Part shown: positions 45,555-54,925 of the stretch, piece by piece
Layout: each line of letters opens with the position of its first letter
Position numbering within the stretch: position 1 is the stretch's first letter
Virus record (IMG/VR): IMGVR_UViG_2882072473_000006
DNA: 64,000 nucleotides
DNA from: an uncultured virus (IMG/VR IMGVR_UViG_2882072473_000006)
Taxonomy: Duplodnaviria > Heunggongvirae > Uroviricota > Caudoviricetes
Reading direction: 5' to 3' (one strand)
Position numbers and translations under genes: made by a program
Notes under the pieces: generated by a model
What the model was told of the DNA's origin: nothing
The model's database searches: none
What the model saw: the letters and a program-made list of their open reading frames with translations, nothing else

Positions 45555-46080
45555 GGGTCAACATGCTTTTCTTGGCGCGAGCACCTATCACTGGATCAAC
45601 TACACGGAAGAGAAGGTGGCCGACGCCTACGCCAAGTATCGTGCGGCCCAGCGCGGCACAGTCCTTCACTCTTTTGCCGCCCAGTGCATCAAGCTGGGTC
45701 AGCGGCTACCCAAGTCGCAAAAGACATTGAACATGTATGTCAACGATGCAATCGGTTACAAGATGACGCCGGAACAGATCCTCTACTATTCCCCGAACTG
45801 CTTCGGCACCGCTGACGCGATTTCATTTCGAGGCGACATGCTCCGGATTCATGATTTGAAAACTGGAGAAAGTCCGACACACATGGAACAGCTGATGATT
45901 TATGCGGCGCTCTTTTGCTTGGAGTATAACTACAAGCCGAACGAGATTCAAATGGAGCTTCGTATTTATCAGAATGACGGAATCATTTGTCACCAGCCCA
46001 CGATCGAAGATATTTTCCCCATCATGGACCGGATCATAACCTTCGATAAAATCATCAACAGTATCAAAGAGGAGGAGTAA
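45526..46080 (+). CDS. PD-(D/E)XK exonuclease (Cas4/RecB-like)
   Basis: GT.LH, E..L, GTAD, I.DLKTG, QL.IY. Confidence 0.78.
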   Translation: MNFVKHSNLEGQHAFLGASTYHWINYTEEKVADAYAKYRAAQRGTVLHSFAAQCIKLGQRLPKSQKTLNMYVNDAIGYKMTPEQILYYSPNCFGTADAISFRGDMLRIHDLKTGESPTHMEQLMIYAALFCLEYNYKPNEIQMELRIYQNDGIICHQPTIEDIFPIMDRIITFDKIINSIKEEE

Positions 46081-46083
46081 GCC

Positions 46084-48804
46084 ATGAACCCCATCGCGGA
46101 AGATATTTTGATGCACTATGGCGTCAAGCGGCGCTCTGGGCGCTACCCCTGGGGTTCTGGTGAAAACCCCTATCAGCATGGCGGCGACTTTCTGGCCAGA
46201 GTGGAAGAACTCGAAGCCATGGGAAAGAGCCAAAAAGAAATTGCCGAAGAACTGAAGATGTCCACTACTGACCTTCGTATGCAGGTTCGGGTGGCAAAGC
46301 ATGAGCGACGGGCTCTCCAGGCGGAACGGGCCAAGTCCCTTCGTGAAGAAGGAAAGACTCTCGATGAGATTGCCAAAATCATGGGGTACAACAACGACTC
46401 CTCGGTTCGTGCGCTTCTCAATGAAAACACCGCCAGCAACAAGAACAAGGCCCTTGCTACCGCCGAGGCATTGAAGAAAGAGCTGGCAGTAAAAGGGGCT
46501 CTTGATGTTGGCGAGGGCGTAGAGCAGCAGCTTGGCGTCTCGAAAGGAGTTCTTCAGGAAGCTCTGTTCATTTTGGAAACAGAAGGTTATAACCGATATG
46601 GCGTTGGAGTCCCTCAGGTGAACGATCCCAAGAAGCGGACAATCACTCCGGTTATTTCGGTTCCCGACATCGAGCAGAGAGACGCCTACCAGAACCTCGA
46701 CATCATCAAGTCGGTGGGCGACTATCACTCTTCGGATGGAGGCGCATCCTGGGATAAGCGCGAGTATCCGGCAAGCATCGATTCAAGCCGAGTCAAGGTG
46801 CTCTATGGGGATGAGGGCGGCTCGAACAAGGACGGAGTCATTGAAATTCGTCGTGGCGTTGCAGACCTTGACCTGGGAAACGCTCACTATGCGCAGGTAC
46901 GCATTCTTGTGGATGGGACGCATTACCTCAAGGGCATGGCCATGTATTCTGATGACATGCCGGAGGGGTGTGACATCGTGTTTAACACGAACAAGCACTC
47001 CGGAACGCCCAAGATGGATGTATTCAAAAAGATTCAGGATGACCCAGACAATCCTTTCGGCGCATTCATCAAGGCCAACGGTCAGAGCTACTACCCCGAC
47101 CCGAATGGCAAGTACACAGACCCGATTACCGGCGAGAAAAAATCTTTGTCGGCCATCAATAAGCTGAAGGAGGAGGGTGACTGGGACAAGATGAGTAAGA
47201 ACTTGTCCTCCCAGTTCCTATCCAAGCAGCCCATCAAACTGATCCAGAAGCAGTTGGATTTGACCTATGCCGATGCGGCCGATGAATTCGCCGAGATTTG
47301 CTCTCTGAACAACCCGACTATCAAGCGGAAGCTTCTTATGGACTTTGCAGATGAATGTGATTCTGCCGTCGTCCATCTGAAAGCGGCCGCCCTCCCCCGG
47401 CAGAGCACACAGGTCATCCTGCCTATCACAGCAATGAAGGAAACGGAAATCTATGCCCCCAACTATCGTAACGGTGAGAAAGTTGTGCTGATCCGCTACC
47501 CTCATGGCGGAACCTTTGAAATTCCGGAGTTGACGGTCAACAACAAGAATCAGTCGGCCATCTCCGTTCTCGGCAAGAACATCAGGGATGCGGTCGGCAT
47601 CAACCCGAAGGTGGCGGAACGGCTGTCCGGCGCGGACTTTGATGGCGACCAGGTTGTTGTCATTCCTGTTGGCGGAAAGGTTTCTGTAAAATCTACCCCC
47701 GCCCTGGAGGGGTTGAAAGGTTTCGACCCTAAAACGGAATACTCCACCGAGGGGAAGACCGGTATCCGGCTTCTCTCAAAAGAAGCCACCCAGATCGAGA
47801 TGGGGAAGATTTCCAACCTCATCACCGATATGACCTTAAAAGGGGCCCCCACCGAGGACATCACGAAAGCTGTCAGACACAGCATGGTCGTCATCGATGC
47901 GGCAAAGCACAAACTCGACTACAAGCGTTCGGAGATTGAAAACGACATCCCCACCCTTCGTAAGCGGTGGCAGGGTTACACTGACCCCGAAACCGGCAAA
48001 GAGAAAGGTGGTGCCTCCACCCTGCTTTCCAGGCGCAAGCAGACCGTCGATGTTCCCGAGCGTCAGGGCAGTGGACGCATTGACCGGGAGACTGGCGAAG
48101 TCGTCTATAAGGAGTCTGGTCGAACCTATATAGACCCTAAGACTGGGAAAACAGTTCAGGCCACGACGAAGATCAAGTTGCTGGAGAAAACCAAGGATGT
48201 TCGCACCTTGTCCTCTGGCACCGTTCAGGAAGATGCCTATGCCGACTATGCCAATCGTATGAAAGCACTCGCCAACCAGGCGAGACTTGAGTATCTGGAT
48301 ACGCCGACATTGGTACGGAACGCCAGCGCAGCAAAAACATATGCGCCTGAAGTCGCAAGGCTGACCAGTGCACTGAAGACTGCGCAGCTTAACGCCCCTA
48401 AGGAACGTGAGGCCCAGCGCATCGCCAATGCTCAGGTAAAGGCCAAGGTTCAGGCGAACAATGTCACCGACAAAGACGAAATCTCTAAGATTCGTCGTGC
48501 AGCGATCAGTGACGCTCGCGTTTCCACTGGTGCAAGCGGAAAAGGAACGCGCATTACGATCTCCGATGGAGAATGGGAAGCAATCCAAGCTGGCGCGATC
48601 TCTGATACAACCTTGAAAGAGATTCTTCGTTACTCTGATCCCGATGTCGTCCGGGAGCGCGCAACCCCAAGAGCATCGACGCAGCTGTCTGAAGCTCGTG
48701 TCAATCGCATTAAAGCGATGGCCAATTCTGGAAGCACCAACTCCGAAATTGCAGATGCTTTGGGCATTTCGCCTTCTGTCGTTTCCAAGTATCTCAATGA
48801 GTAA
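46084..48804 (+). CDS. Putative single-chain double-psi beta-barrel RNA polymerase (YonO/RdRP-like) with HTH domains
   Basis: DGVIEI, QVR..KGM, LSSQ, IRYPH, LSGADFDGD, GKISN and VIDAAK in RdRP order; two N-terminal and one C-terminal HTH. Confidence 0.75.
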   Translation: MNPIAEDILMHYGVKRRSGRYPWGSGENPYQHGGDFLARVEELEAMGKSQKEIAEELKMSTTDLRMQVRVAKHERRALQAERAKSLREEGKTLDEIAKIMGYNNDSSVRALLNENTASNKNKALATAEALKKELAVKGALDVGEGVEQQLGVSKGVLQEALFILETEGYNRYGVGVPQVNDPKKRTITPVISVPDIEQRDAYQNLDIIKSVGDYHSSDGGASWDKREYPASIDSSRVKVLYGDEGGSNKDGVIEIRRGVADLDLGNAHYAQVRILVDGTHYLKGMAMYSDDMPEGCDIVFNTNKHSGTPKMDVFKKIQDDPDNPFGAFIKANGQSYYPDPNGKYTDPITGEKKSLSAINKLKEEGDWDKMSKNLSSQFLSKQPIKLIQKQLDLTYADAADEFAEICSLNNPTIKRKLLMDFADECDSAVVHLKAAALPRQSTQVILPITAMKETEIYAPNYRNGEKVVLIRYPHGGTFEIPELTVNNKNQSAISVLGKNIRDAVGINPKVAERLSGADFDGDQVVVIPVGGKVSVKSTPALEGLKGFDPKTEYSTEGKTGIRLLSKEATQIEMGKISNLITDMTLKGAPTEDITKAVRHSMVVIDAAKHKLDYKRSEIENDIPTLRKRWQGYTDPETGKEKGGASTLLSRRKQTVDVPERQGSGRIDRETGEVVYKESGRTYIDPKTGKTVQATTKIKLLEKTKDVRTLSSGTVQEDAYADYANRMKALANQARLEYLDTPTLVRNASAAKTYAPEVARLTSALKTAQLNAPKEREAQRIANAQVKAKVQANNVTDKDEISKIRRAAISDARVSTGASGKGTRITISDGEWEAIQAGAISDTTLKEILRYSDPDVVRERATPRASTQLSEARVNRIKAMANSGSTNSEIADALGISPSVVSKYLNE

Positions 48805-48822
48805 GAAAGGAAGTGAGAGCGA

Positions 48823-49086
48823 ATGGAAATGTGTATGCTTACTACTACCGATAACCCCTACGACCCTTTTACACAGTATGAAGCGTGGTATCGGTTCGAC
48901 GAAGACAACGGCTATCATTCCTGCGCTTTCTTAGCGCGCATCGCCCGTACTTCCGATCAGCTCTCTGACAAGGAGAACCAGGAAGAAATCGAGCGAGCAA
49001 TCAACGATATCATCAAGTACGACCCCCTGGGCATCTATAAAAAGGTCAAGAAGATTGTGCAATCCGAGCCTGCCGTGACCGCATGA
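48823..49086 (+). CDS. Hypothetical phage protein
   Basis: LTT.DNPYDPF; RBS. Confidence 0.75.
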   Translation: MEMCMLTTTDNPYDPFTQYEAWYRFDEDNGYHSCAFLARIARTSDQLSDKENQEEIERAINDIIKYDPLGIYKKVKKIVQSEPAVTA

Positions 49087-49209
49087 TGGTAAACCGATGG
49101 TAGCCATTGGGAAAGAAACGTTCTCTCATCAGGAGTGCGTTTCTTTTTGTCATTTATGGGACAAATTCAACCCACCGGCTGCGGATCACGGCCTCGAACT
49201 CATTCAAAG

Positions 49210-49290
49210 GGTATAGGGGGTCCCTCCGAAATGGCACCCCCTCTGCATCGCGTTGGTCTTTGAAAATTCTCCGGGGGATATTTTTGAAAA
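49210..49290. other. Putative cos/packaging-site region
   Basis: Intergenic GGGGG...CCCCC then CATCGCGTTGGTCT and AAAATTCTCCGGGGGATATTTT, upstream of the packaging genes. Confidence 0.4.
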
Positions 49291-49525
49291 ATGGGTTCGG
49301 TTTGGGGCGGCGTTTGAACAAGCCCGCAAGACGAGCACTCACTGGCAAGGACTCTTTTTATCTGGTTGGAACCTCCTTTTTCCTCCAGAGGCATTGCATT
49401 ACCTCCAATGTCATTTTTCTCCACTTGCCGGCGGATCGTTTGTGCGGGCTTCTTCAAATGCCGCCCTGAACTACCCATAAACACATGGAAAACAAAACAG
49501 AAGTTATGGAGAGGGGGCGTCAAGC

Positions 49526-49864
49526 GTGGCAAAACCCATCAAGTCTTCCGGCAGTCAGGCAGGGAAACGCCGCGCCGCCTTGACGCCGGAGGGCCGCGAG
49601 AACCAACTGATCGACCTGGCGGTATCTCTTGTGGAAAAGCGGCTGCTGGAAGGGACCGCCTCCTCTCAGGAGGTCACCACCATCCTGAAGCTGGGGACCA
49701 CGAGGGCCCGCCTTGAGAATGAGCGGCTGGCCAAGGAGGTGGAGCTGGTCCAGGCCAAGACCGAGGCTTATAAATCCGGAGTCCGGATGGATGAGCTTTA
49801 CGAGAAGGCCATGGCCGCGTTCAAGCGATACAGCGGACAGGAGGAGGACGAGGATGAGTATTAG
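49526..49864 (+). CDS. Hypothetical protein, candidate terminase small subunit
   Basis: First gene of the packaging module; helical, about 112 aa. Confidence 0.6.
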   Translation: MAKPIKSSGSQAGKRRAALTPEGRENQLIDLAVSLVEKRLLEGTASSQEVTTILKLGTTRARLENERLAKEVELVQAKTEAYKSGVRMDELYEKAMAAFKRYSGQEEDEDEY

Positions 49865-50270
49865 GTGCTACTCCGAGCTGATCCAACTCCCCACCTTCCT
49901 GGACCGCTATCAGTACCTCCGTCTGGATGGCGTTGTCGGAGAGGAGACCTTCGGCTTTGACCGGTATATGAATCAGGCTTTTTACAAGTCGCCGGAGTGG
50001 CGGCGGGTGCGTGACGCGGTGATCGCCCGGGACCTGGGGTGTGATTTGGGTGTGGCCGGACGGGAGATATTCCGCCGTCCCATCATTCACCACATGAACC
50101 CCATCAGTCCAAAGGACATCCGGGATCGGGTGGAGATGATCCTCGACCCGGAGTACCTGATCACCACCATCCACGAAACTCATCTGGCCATTCACTACGG
50201 CGATGAGAACCTGCTGCTTCCGGAGCCGGTCGTACGAAGGCCCAACGACACCTGCCTCTGGAAAATGTAG
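49854..50270 (+). CDS. HNH endonuclease
   Basis: FY.S.EW...R..VI.RD..C...IHH.NP...L.....TH..IH. Confidence 0.8.
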   Translation: MSIRCYSELIQLPTFLDRYQYLRLDGVVGEETFGFDRYMNQAFYKSPEWRRVRDAVIARDLGCDLGVAGREIFRRPIIHHMNPISPKDIRDRVEMILDPEYLITTIHETHLAIHYGDENLLLPEPVVRRPNDTCLWKM

Positions 50271-50540
50271 AAAAGAGGGACGACACTCCGCCCTTCTTTT
50301 CCGGCTTGCTAAGTCTTGATCTTGGCTTTCCCGTGACCGTTGTTCCGCTGGAAATGCGGACTGTGACAACCTTCACGCTTCCGGCCTGACTTTTGGACTT
50401 AGCAGCTTTTGCGCTTAACCGTTTCATGTCGTTTCTACCTCCTTTCGCAGGGATGAATCAATCATGTGGCCCAGGAGCGGCATGGAACGGGCGCACCTTA
50501 TGACAACACAACTTTTCGCTATAAGCAAGGAGGCGGCGCC

Positions 50541-50771
50541 ATGGAAGGTAATCCGGGAAGGGCACCCAGGCTCGTGGGAGTCGTGGTGAACTGCCTCGAC
50601 CTGACCATCCGTAAAAGCCCCGGCAATGAGGCGGAGGTCACAGGACATCTATCGGTCCTGACCGAAGTTCTGGTCGATATGGACAAGTCAACGGAGGACT
50701 TCTACCGGGTGCTCGCCAGAAACGGCGTCGCCGGGTTCTGTCCGAAGAAGTACGTGGCGATCCGCCGGTAA
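50541..50771 (+). CDS. SH3-like small protein
   Basis: L.IRK.P...A.V...FY.V....G..GF....YV. Confidence 0.65.
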   Translation: MEGNPGRAPRLVGVVVNCLDLTIRKSPGNEAEVTGHLSVLTEVLVDMDKSTEDFYRVLARNGVAGFCPKKYVAIRR

Positions 50772-50781
50772 GGAGAGTGCT

Positions 50782-51165
50782 ATGGAGATCACAGAAAGCG
50801 TCCTGACATCTGTCAAGAAACTGCTGGGGATCGACGAAGGCTACACGCACTTTGACGCCGACATTGTAATGCACATCAACAGCGTGTTTTCGATTCTGAC
50901 ACAGATGGGGGTCGGGCCGGCAAACGGATTCTCCATTACGGGGAAAGACGAAGGCTGGTCCGATTTCATTTCTGGCGGGGCCGTCCTGCCCCTGGTCAAA
51001 TCTTATGTCGGCCTGAAGGTGCGCCTGCTGTTTGACCCGCCCCTCAGCTCTGCGGCCGTCGAGTCTATGAACCGGCAGATCAGCGAGTTTGAGTGGCGGC
51101 TTTTCGTTGCGGCAGACCCAGTCGAACCCACCAGCGGGAAGGAGGAACTTCAAAATGGAGCATGA
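50782..51165 (+). CDS. Putative head-tail connector protein
   Basis: SVL.SVKK.LGI...FD.DI..HIN...FDPP; location in the virion module. Confidence 0.65.
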   Translation: MEITESVLTSVKKLLGIDEGYTHFDADIVMHINSVFSILTQMGVGPANGFSITGKDEGWSDFISGGAVLPLVKSYVGLKVRLLFDPPLSSAAVESMNRQISEFEWRLFVAADPVEPTSGKEELQNGA

Positions 51166-51670
51166 TGCATTACTGCACTACGGAATCAAAGGAATGAAGT
51201 GGGGCGTGCGCCGTTACCAGAACAAGGACGGTTCGCTGACCCCCAAAGGAGAGGCGCGCTACGACCGTGACAAGCGGGAGAACGCGGCCAAGAAGAAGGA
51301 AAACCGGATTGACCTCTCCCAGCCTGATCCGAAGCGCTGGGCAAAGGAGGACCTGGAGCGCACCAAGCGCACCGTGGACGCCAGCGCCAACCTGGCCAAG
51401 GAGCTGAAGAAGCTGGACGAGAGCACCACTTCCAAGCCGACACCAAAGCGGATGGACCTGTCCAAGATGAGCGACAAGGAGATGCGGGATCAGATTAACC
51501 GGGAGCTGCTGGAACGGCAGTATAACCAGCTGTTCGCGGAAGTGCCTGCCGCTCAGGTCTCCAAGGGCCGCGAAGCGCTCAAGACCACGCTGGAAGTTGC
51601 CGGCAGCGTTCTGGCCATTGGCAGCAGCGCACTGGGCATCGCGTTGGCCATCAAGGAACTGAAGGGCTGA
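51155..51670 (+). CDS. HYGxKGMKWGVRR-tagged protein
   Basis: N-terminal LLHYGIKGMKWGVRRYQN. Confidence 0.8.
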   Translation: MEHDALLHYGIKGMKWGVRRYQNKDGSLTPKGEARYDRDKRENAAKKKENRIDLSQPDPKRWAKEDLERTKRTVDASANLAKELKKLDESTTSKPTPKRMDLSKMSDKEMRDQINRELLERQYNQLFAEVPAAQVSKGREALKTTLEVAGSVLAIGSSALGIALAIKELKG

Positions 51671-51681
51671 GGTGAGTCGGT

Positions 51682-52566
51682 ATGGAGCTGCGCCACCACG
51701 GCATTTTGGGCCAGAAATGGGGCGTGCGCAACGGCCCGCCCTATCCATTGAGCGGCGGTGACTATACTCCGTCCCAGCGGAAGGCCATTTCCAACAAACG
51801 CAAAAGCGGCAACAGCATCTACAACAAGAAGCACTTCGATGAGGTGCTGAAGGTTGATAAGACCACGCTGAGCACGCTGTCCTATGATAAGGACCGGACC
51901 AAGAACGCCGATATGTTCTACGCCACCCACCATGCTCTGGATAAACACCAGTACAACGCCCTGTTCAACCGGCCGATTCCCCAGACGGTCTATGATAAGG
52001 ATGGAAAGGCGATCGGCACAGGTTCGTTCATGAAGTACCGGATCGACAATTCCCTCAAGACCGACCTGAAGGTGGCCAGCGAGGATTCCGGAGCCAAGGT
52101 CTTTATGGACCTCTATAAGAAGGACCGGGATTTCTACAACTTTGTCACTGACCGGGAGCGGATGCAGGGGTACTTTGTAAACGACAAGTACAAGTTCAAG
52201 GGCTACCGCGAAGCAGCGGCCGTCCTTGGGAAGATGCGGGAGCCGGACTACAAGCCGACCTCCGATGACCTTCAGACCGTGTACCGGATGTTCAACTACG
52301 TCATCCCCTATGACGGTCAGGGCGACAGCCGAAAGGGACGCGATATGTATAACCAGCGCACCAAGTTCTTCCATGCGTGCAAGGAGGCCGGTTATGGCGC
52401 AGTTCTGGACACGAACGACGCCATATACGGCGGGTTCAAGGCCAAGTCACCCATTATCGTGTTCGATATGGAGCAGGTGGTCCCGAAAGACGTCTACCGC
52501 ACAAATCTGACGGATCAGAAGTTTTCCACTCTGGTCCTGGTCGGCCGGAAGCTGCTGGGCTTGTAA
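51682..52566 (+). CDS. HHG-tagged protein with possible ART-like C-terminus
   Basis: N-terminal LRHHGILGQKWGVRNGPPYPL; C-terminal GYGAVLD.ND...SPIIVFD. Confidence 0.78.
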   Translation: MELRHHGILGQKWGVRNGPPYPLSGGDYTPSQRKAISNKRKSGNSIYNKKHFDEVLKVDKTTLSTLSYDKDRTKNADMFYATHHALDKHQYNALFNRPIPQTVYDKDGKAIGTGSFMKYRIDNSLKTDLKVASEDSGAKVFMDLYKKDRDFYNFVTDRERMQGYFVNDKYKFKGYREAAAVLGKMREPDYKPTSDDLQTVYRMFNYVIPYDGQGDSRKGRDMYNQRTKFFHACKEAGYGAVLDTNDAIYGGFKAKSPIIVFDMEQVVPKDVYRTNLTDQKFSTLVLVGRKLLGL

Positions 52567-52584
52567 CGGGAGGCGGGTGCGTAC

Positions 52585-54333
52585 ATGTTATCCAACACCG
52601 CCGTCCCCCGTTATTATGGAGCATTTCGGGACGCCGTTCTCCGAGGGGATATTCACGTCTGCAAGGAAGTGGCGATGGAGATGTGGCGGATCGACCGCCT
52701 GATCGAGTCACCGGGATATTACTACGATGACCGGGCGGTGGAGGGATGGATTGAGTTCTGCGAGAACGAGCTGACCCTAACTGATGGCTCCGACCTGCAT
52801 CTTCTGGATACCTTCAAGCTCTGGGGCGAACAGGTGTTTGGATGGTACTATTTCGACGACCGCTCTGTCTATGTGCCGAACCCGGATGGACGGGGCGGCC
52901 GGTATGTGACGAAGCGGGTCAAGCAGCGGCTGACCAAGAAGCAGTACCTCATTGTGGGAAGAGGCGCGGCCAAGTCCCTCTACGACTCCTGCATCCAGGC
53001 CTATTTCTGTGTGGTGGACGGCTCGACGACCCATCAGATCACGACGGCCCCCACCATGAAGCAGGCGGAGGAGATCGTCAACCCCATCAAGACCGCCATC
53101 ACCAGAGCGAGAGGCCCTGTGTTTCAGTTCATGACCGAGGGTTCCTTGCAGAACACCACCGGCTCCAGAGCCAACCGCGTCAAGCTGGCCTCTACAAAGA
53201 AGGGGATCGAGAACTTCATCTCCGGCTCCCTGGTGGAGGTCCGTCCCATGTCGGTGGACAAGCTCCAGGGACTCCGCTGCAAAGTGGCCACGGTGGATGA
53301 GTGGCTTTCTTCGGCGGACGCCCGGGAGGATGTCATCGGTGCCATTGAGCAGGGCGCATCCAAGCTGGACGACTACCTGATCATCGCCACCAGCTCCGAG
53401 GGCACGGTCCGAAACGGAGCGGGCGATACCATCAAAATGGAGCTGATGAACATTCTTCAGGGTATCGGCCCTCCCCAGGAGCACGTGTCCATCTGGTGGT
53501 ACAAGCTGGACTCCGTGGAAGAGGTCGCCTATCCGGGCATGTGGATCAAGGCAAACCCCAATCTGGGAAAGACCGTGACCTACGAGACCTACCAGAAGGA
53601 CGTTGACCGGGCAGAAACGGCCCCCGCCACCCGCAACGATATGCTGGCAAAGCGGTTCGGGCTGCCCATGGAGGGCTACACCTACTACTTCACCTATGAG
53701 GAGACTCTCCCCCATCGCCGGCAGAGATTTTGGCAGATGCCCTGCTCCCTGGGGGCAGACCTTTCCCAGGGCGACGACTTCTGCTCCTTTACCTTCCTGT
53801 TTCCTCTTCGGGATGGCTCCTTTGGCGTCAAGACCCGAAACTACATCACATCGCTGACCCTGCACAAGCTGCCGGCGGCCATGCGGGTGAAGTATGAGGA
53901 CTTCATGGCGGAGGGGAGCCTGATCGTCATGGAGGGTACTGTTCTGGACATGATGCAGGTCTACGATGACCTGGACGAGCACATCATCAACCGGGGCTAT
54001 GACGTGCGCTGCTTTGGCTACGACCCATACAACGCCCAGGAGTTCATCAAGCGGTGGACAGATGAAAACGGCCCCTTCGGCGTAGAAGTGGTCCGACAGG
54101 GTTCCCGGACGGAATCTGTCCCTCTGGGCGAGCTGAAAAAGCTGGCCGGAGAGCGTATGCTGCTCTTTGACGAGGAGCTGCTCACCTTCTCCATGGGAAA
54201 TTGCATCACCATGGAGGACACCAATGGAAACCGGAAGCTGCTGAAGAAACGGTCCGACCAGAAAATCGACGCTGTGGCGGCCATGATGGATGCGTATGTG
54301 GCCTATAAGCACAATCCAGAAGCATTTGAATAA
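52585..54333 (+). CDS. terL: Terminase large subunit
   Basis: GRGAAKS Walker A, VDE Walker B, GADLS and KID nuclease motifs. Confidence 0.92.
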   Translation: MLSNTAVPRYYGAFRDAVLRGDIHVCKEVAMEMWRIDRLIESPGYYYDDRAVEGWIEFCENELTLTDGSDLHLLDTFKLWGEQVFGWYYFDDRSVYVPNPDGRGGRYVTKRVKQRLTKKQYLIVGRGAAKSLYDSCIQAYFCVVDGSTTHQITTAPTMKQAEEIVNPIKTAITRARGPVFQFMTEGSLQNTTGSRANRVKLASTKKGIENFISGSLVEVRPMSVDKLQGLRCKVATVDEWLSSADAREDVIGAIEQGASKLDDYLIIATSSEGTVRNGAGDTIKMELMNILQGIGPPQEHVSIWWYKLDSVEEVAYPGMWIKANPNLGKTVTYETYQKDVDRAETAPATRNDMLAKRFGLPMEGYTYYFTYEETLPHRRQRFWQMPCSLGADLSQGDDFCSFTFLFPLRDGSFGVKTRNYITSLTLHKLPAAMRVKYEDFMAEGSLIVMEGTVLDMMQVYDDLDEHIINRGYDVRCFGYDPYNAQEFIKRWTDENGPFGVEVVRQGSRTESVPLGELKKLAGERMLLFDEELLTFSMGNCITMEDTNGNRKLLKKRSDQKIDAVAAMMDAYVAYKHNPEAFE

Positions 54334-54351
54334 AAAAGGGGGGGGGGTACT

Positions 54352-54909
54352 ATGAAGCCCTATGAAAAGCCTCTCTCCCCGCAGGAGTACCTGATGCACT
54401 ACGGTGTCAAGGGTATGAAATGGGGCGTAAGACGCTACCAGAACTACGACGGTTCTTACACCCGCAAGGGTCTGGAACGGTATCGCAAAGCGGAGTCGGA
54501 CTACGAAACCGCTAAGTCGAAAGCAGACGAAACCAGGGCCGCCTACAAATCCGGTCAAGCTACCCGTCAGCAGGTCAAGGATGCCAAGAGCGCTGTTAAG
54601 ACCGAGAAGCGTAAAATGGAAAACGCTTATGAAAAGCTGAAAACCGACAAACTGGCCGATGAAGGAAAGAAGCTTTACCAGAGTGGAAAAACTATTTCGG
54701 GAAACACCCAAGCGACCTATTTGGCCGAGGGCGTTATCATTGCTGGAAGCACCGTGGTGTCCAGACTTCTCGCGAACCAACTGAACAACCAGGAGGTTGC
54801 CAATATTGCCGCATCGACCATCGCGATCGGCGGAACGATTGTCAATGGTTTACTGGCGGCAAAGACGAGCAGGGAGAACAAACGGCTGAGAGCGTACTAC
54901 GCCCACTAA
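54352..54909 (+). CDS. HYG-tagged protein with C-terminal hydrophobic helices
   Basis: LMHYGVKGMKWGVRRYQN. Confidence 0.8.
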   Translation: MKPYEKPLSPQEYLMHYGVKGMKWGVRRYQNYDGSYTRKGLERYRKAESDYETAKSKADETRAAYKSGQATRQQVKDAKSAVKTEKRKMENAYEKLKTDKLADEGKKLYQSGKTISGNTQATYLAEGVIIAGSTVVSRLLANQLNNQEVANIAASTIAIGGTIVNGLLAAKTSRENKRLRAYYAH

Positions 54910-54925
54910 GCGAAGGAGGAAAAGT

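Noticed and set aside
49484..49512. TTATGGAGAGG before the packaging genes as a motif copy
   Set aside because: Lacks CGC and RCA at the fixed offsets
50161..50427. Minus-strand basic ORF with a strong AAAGGAGG RBS
   Set aside because: It runs through a terminator-like hairpin and overlaps the HNH gene by 110 bp; possible but not supportable from sequence alone
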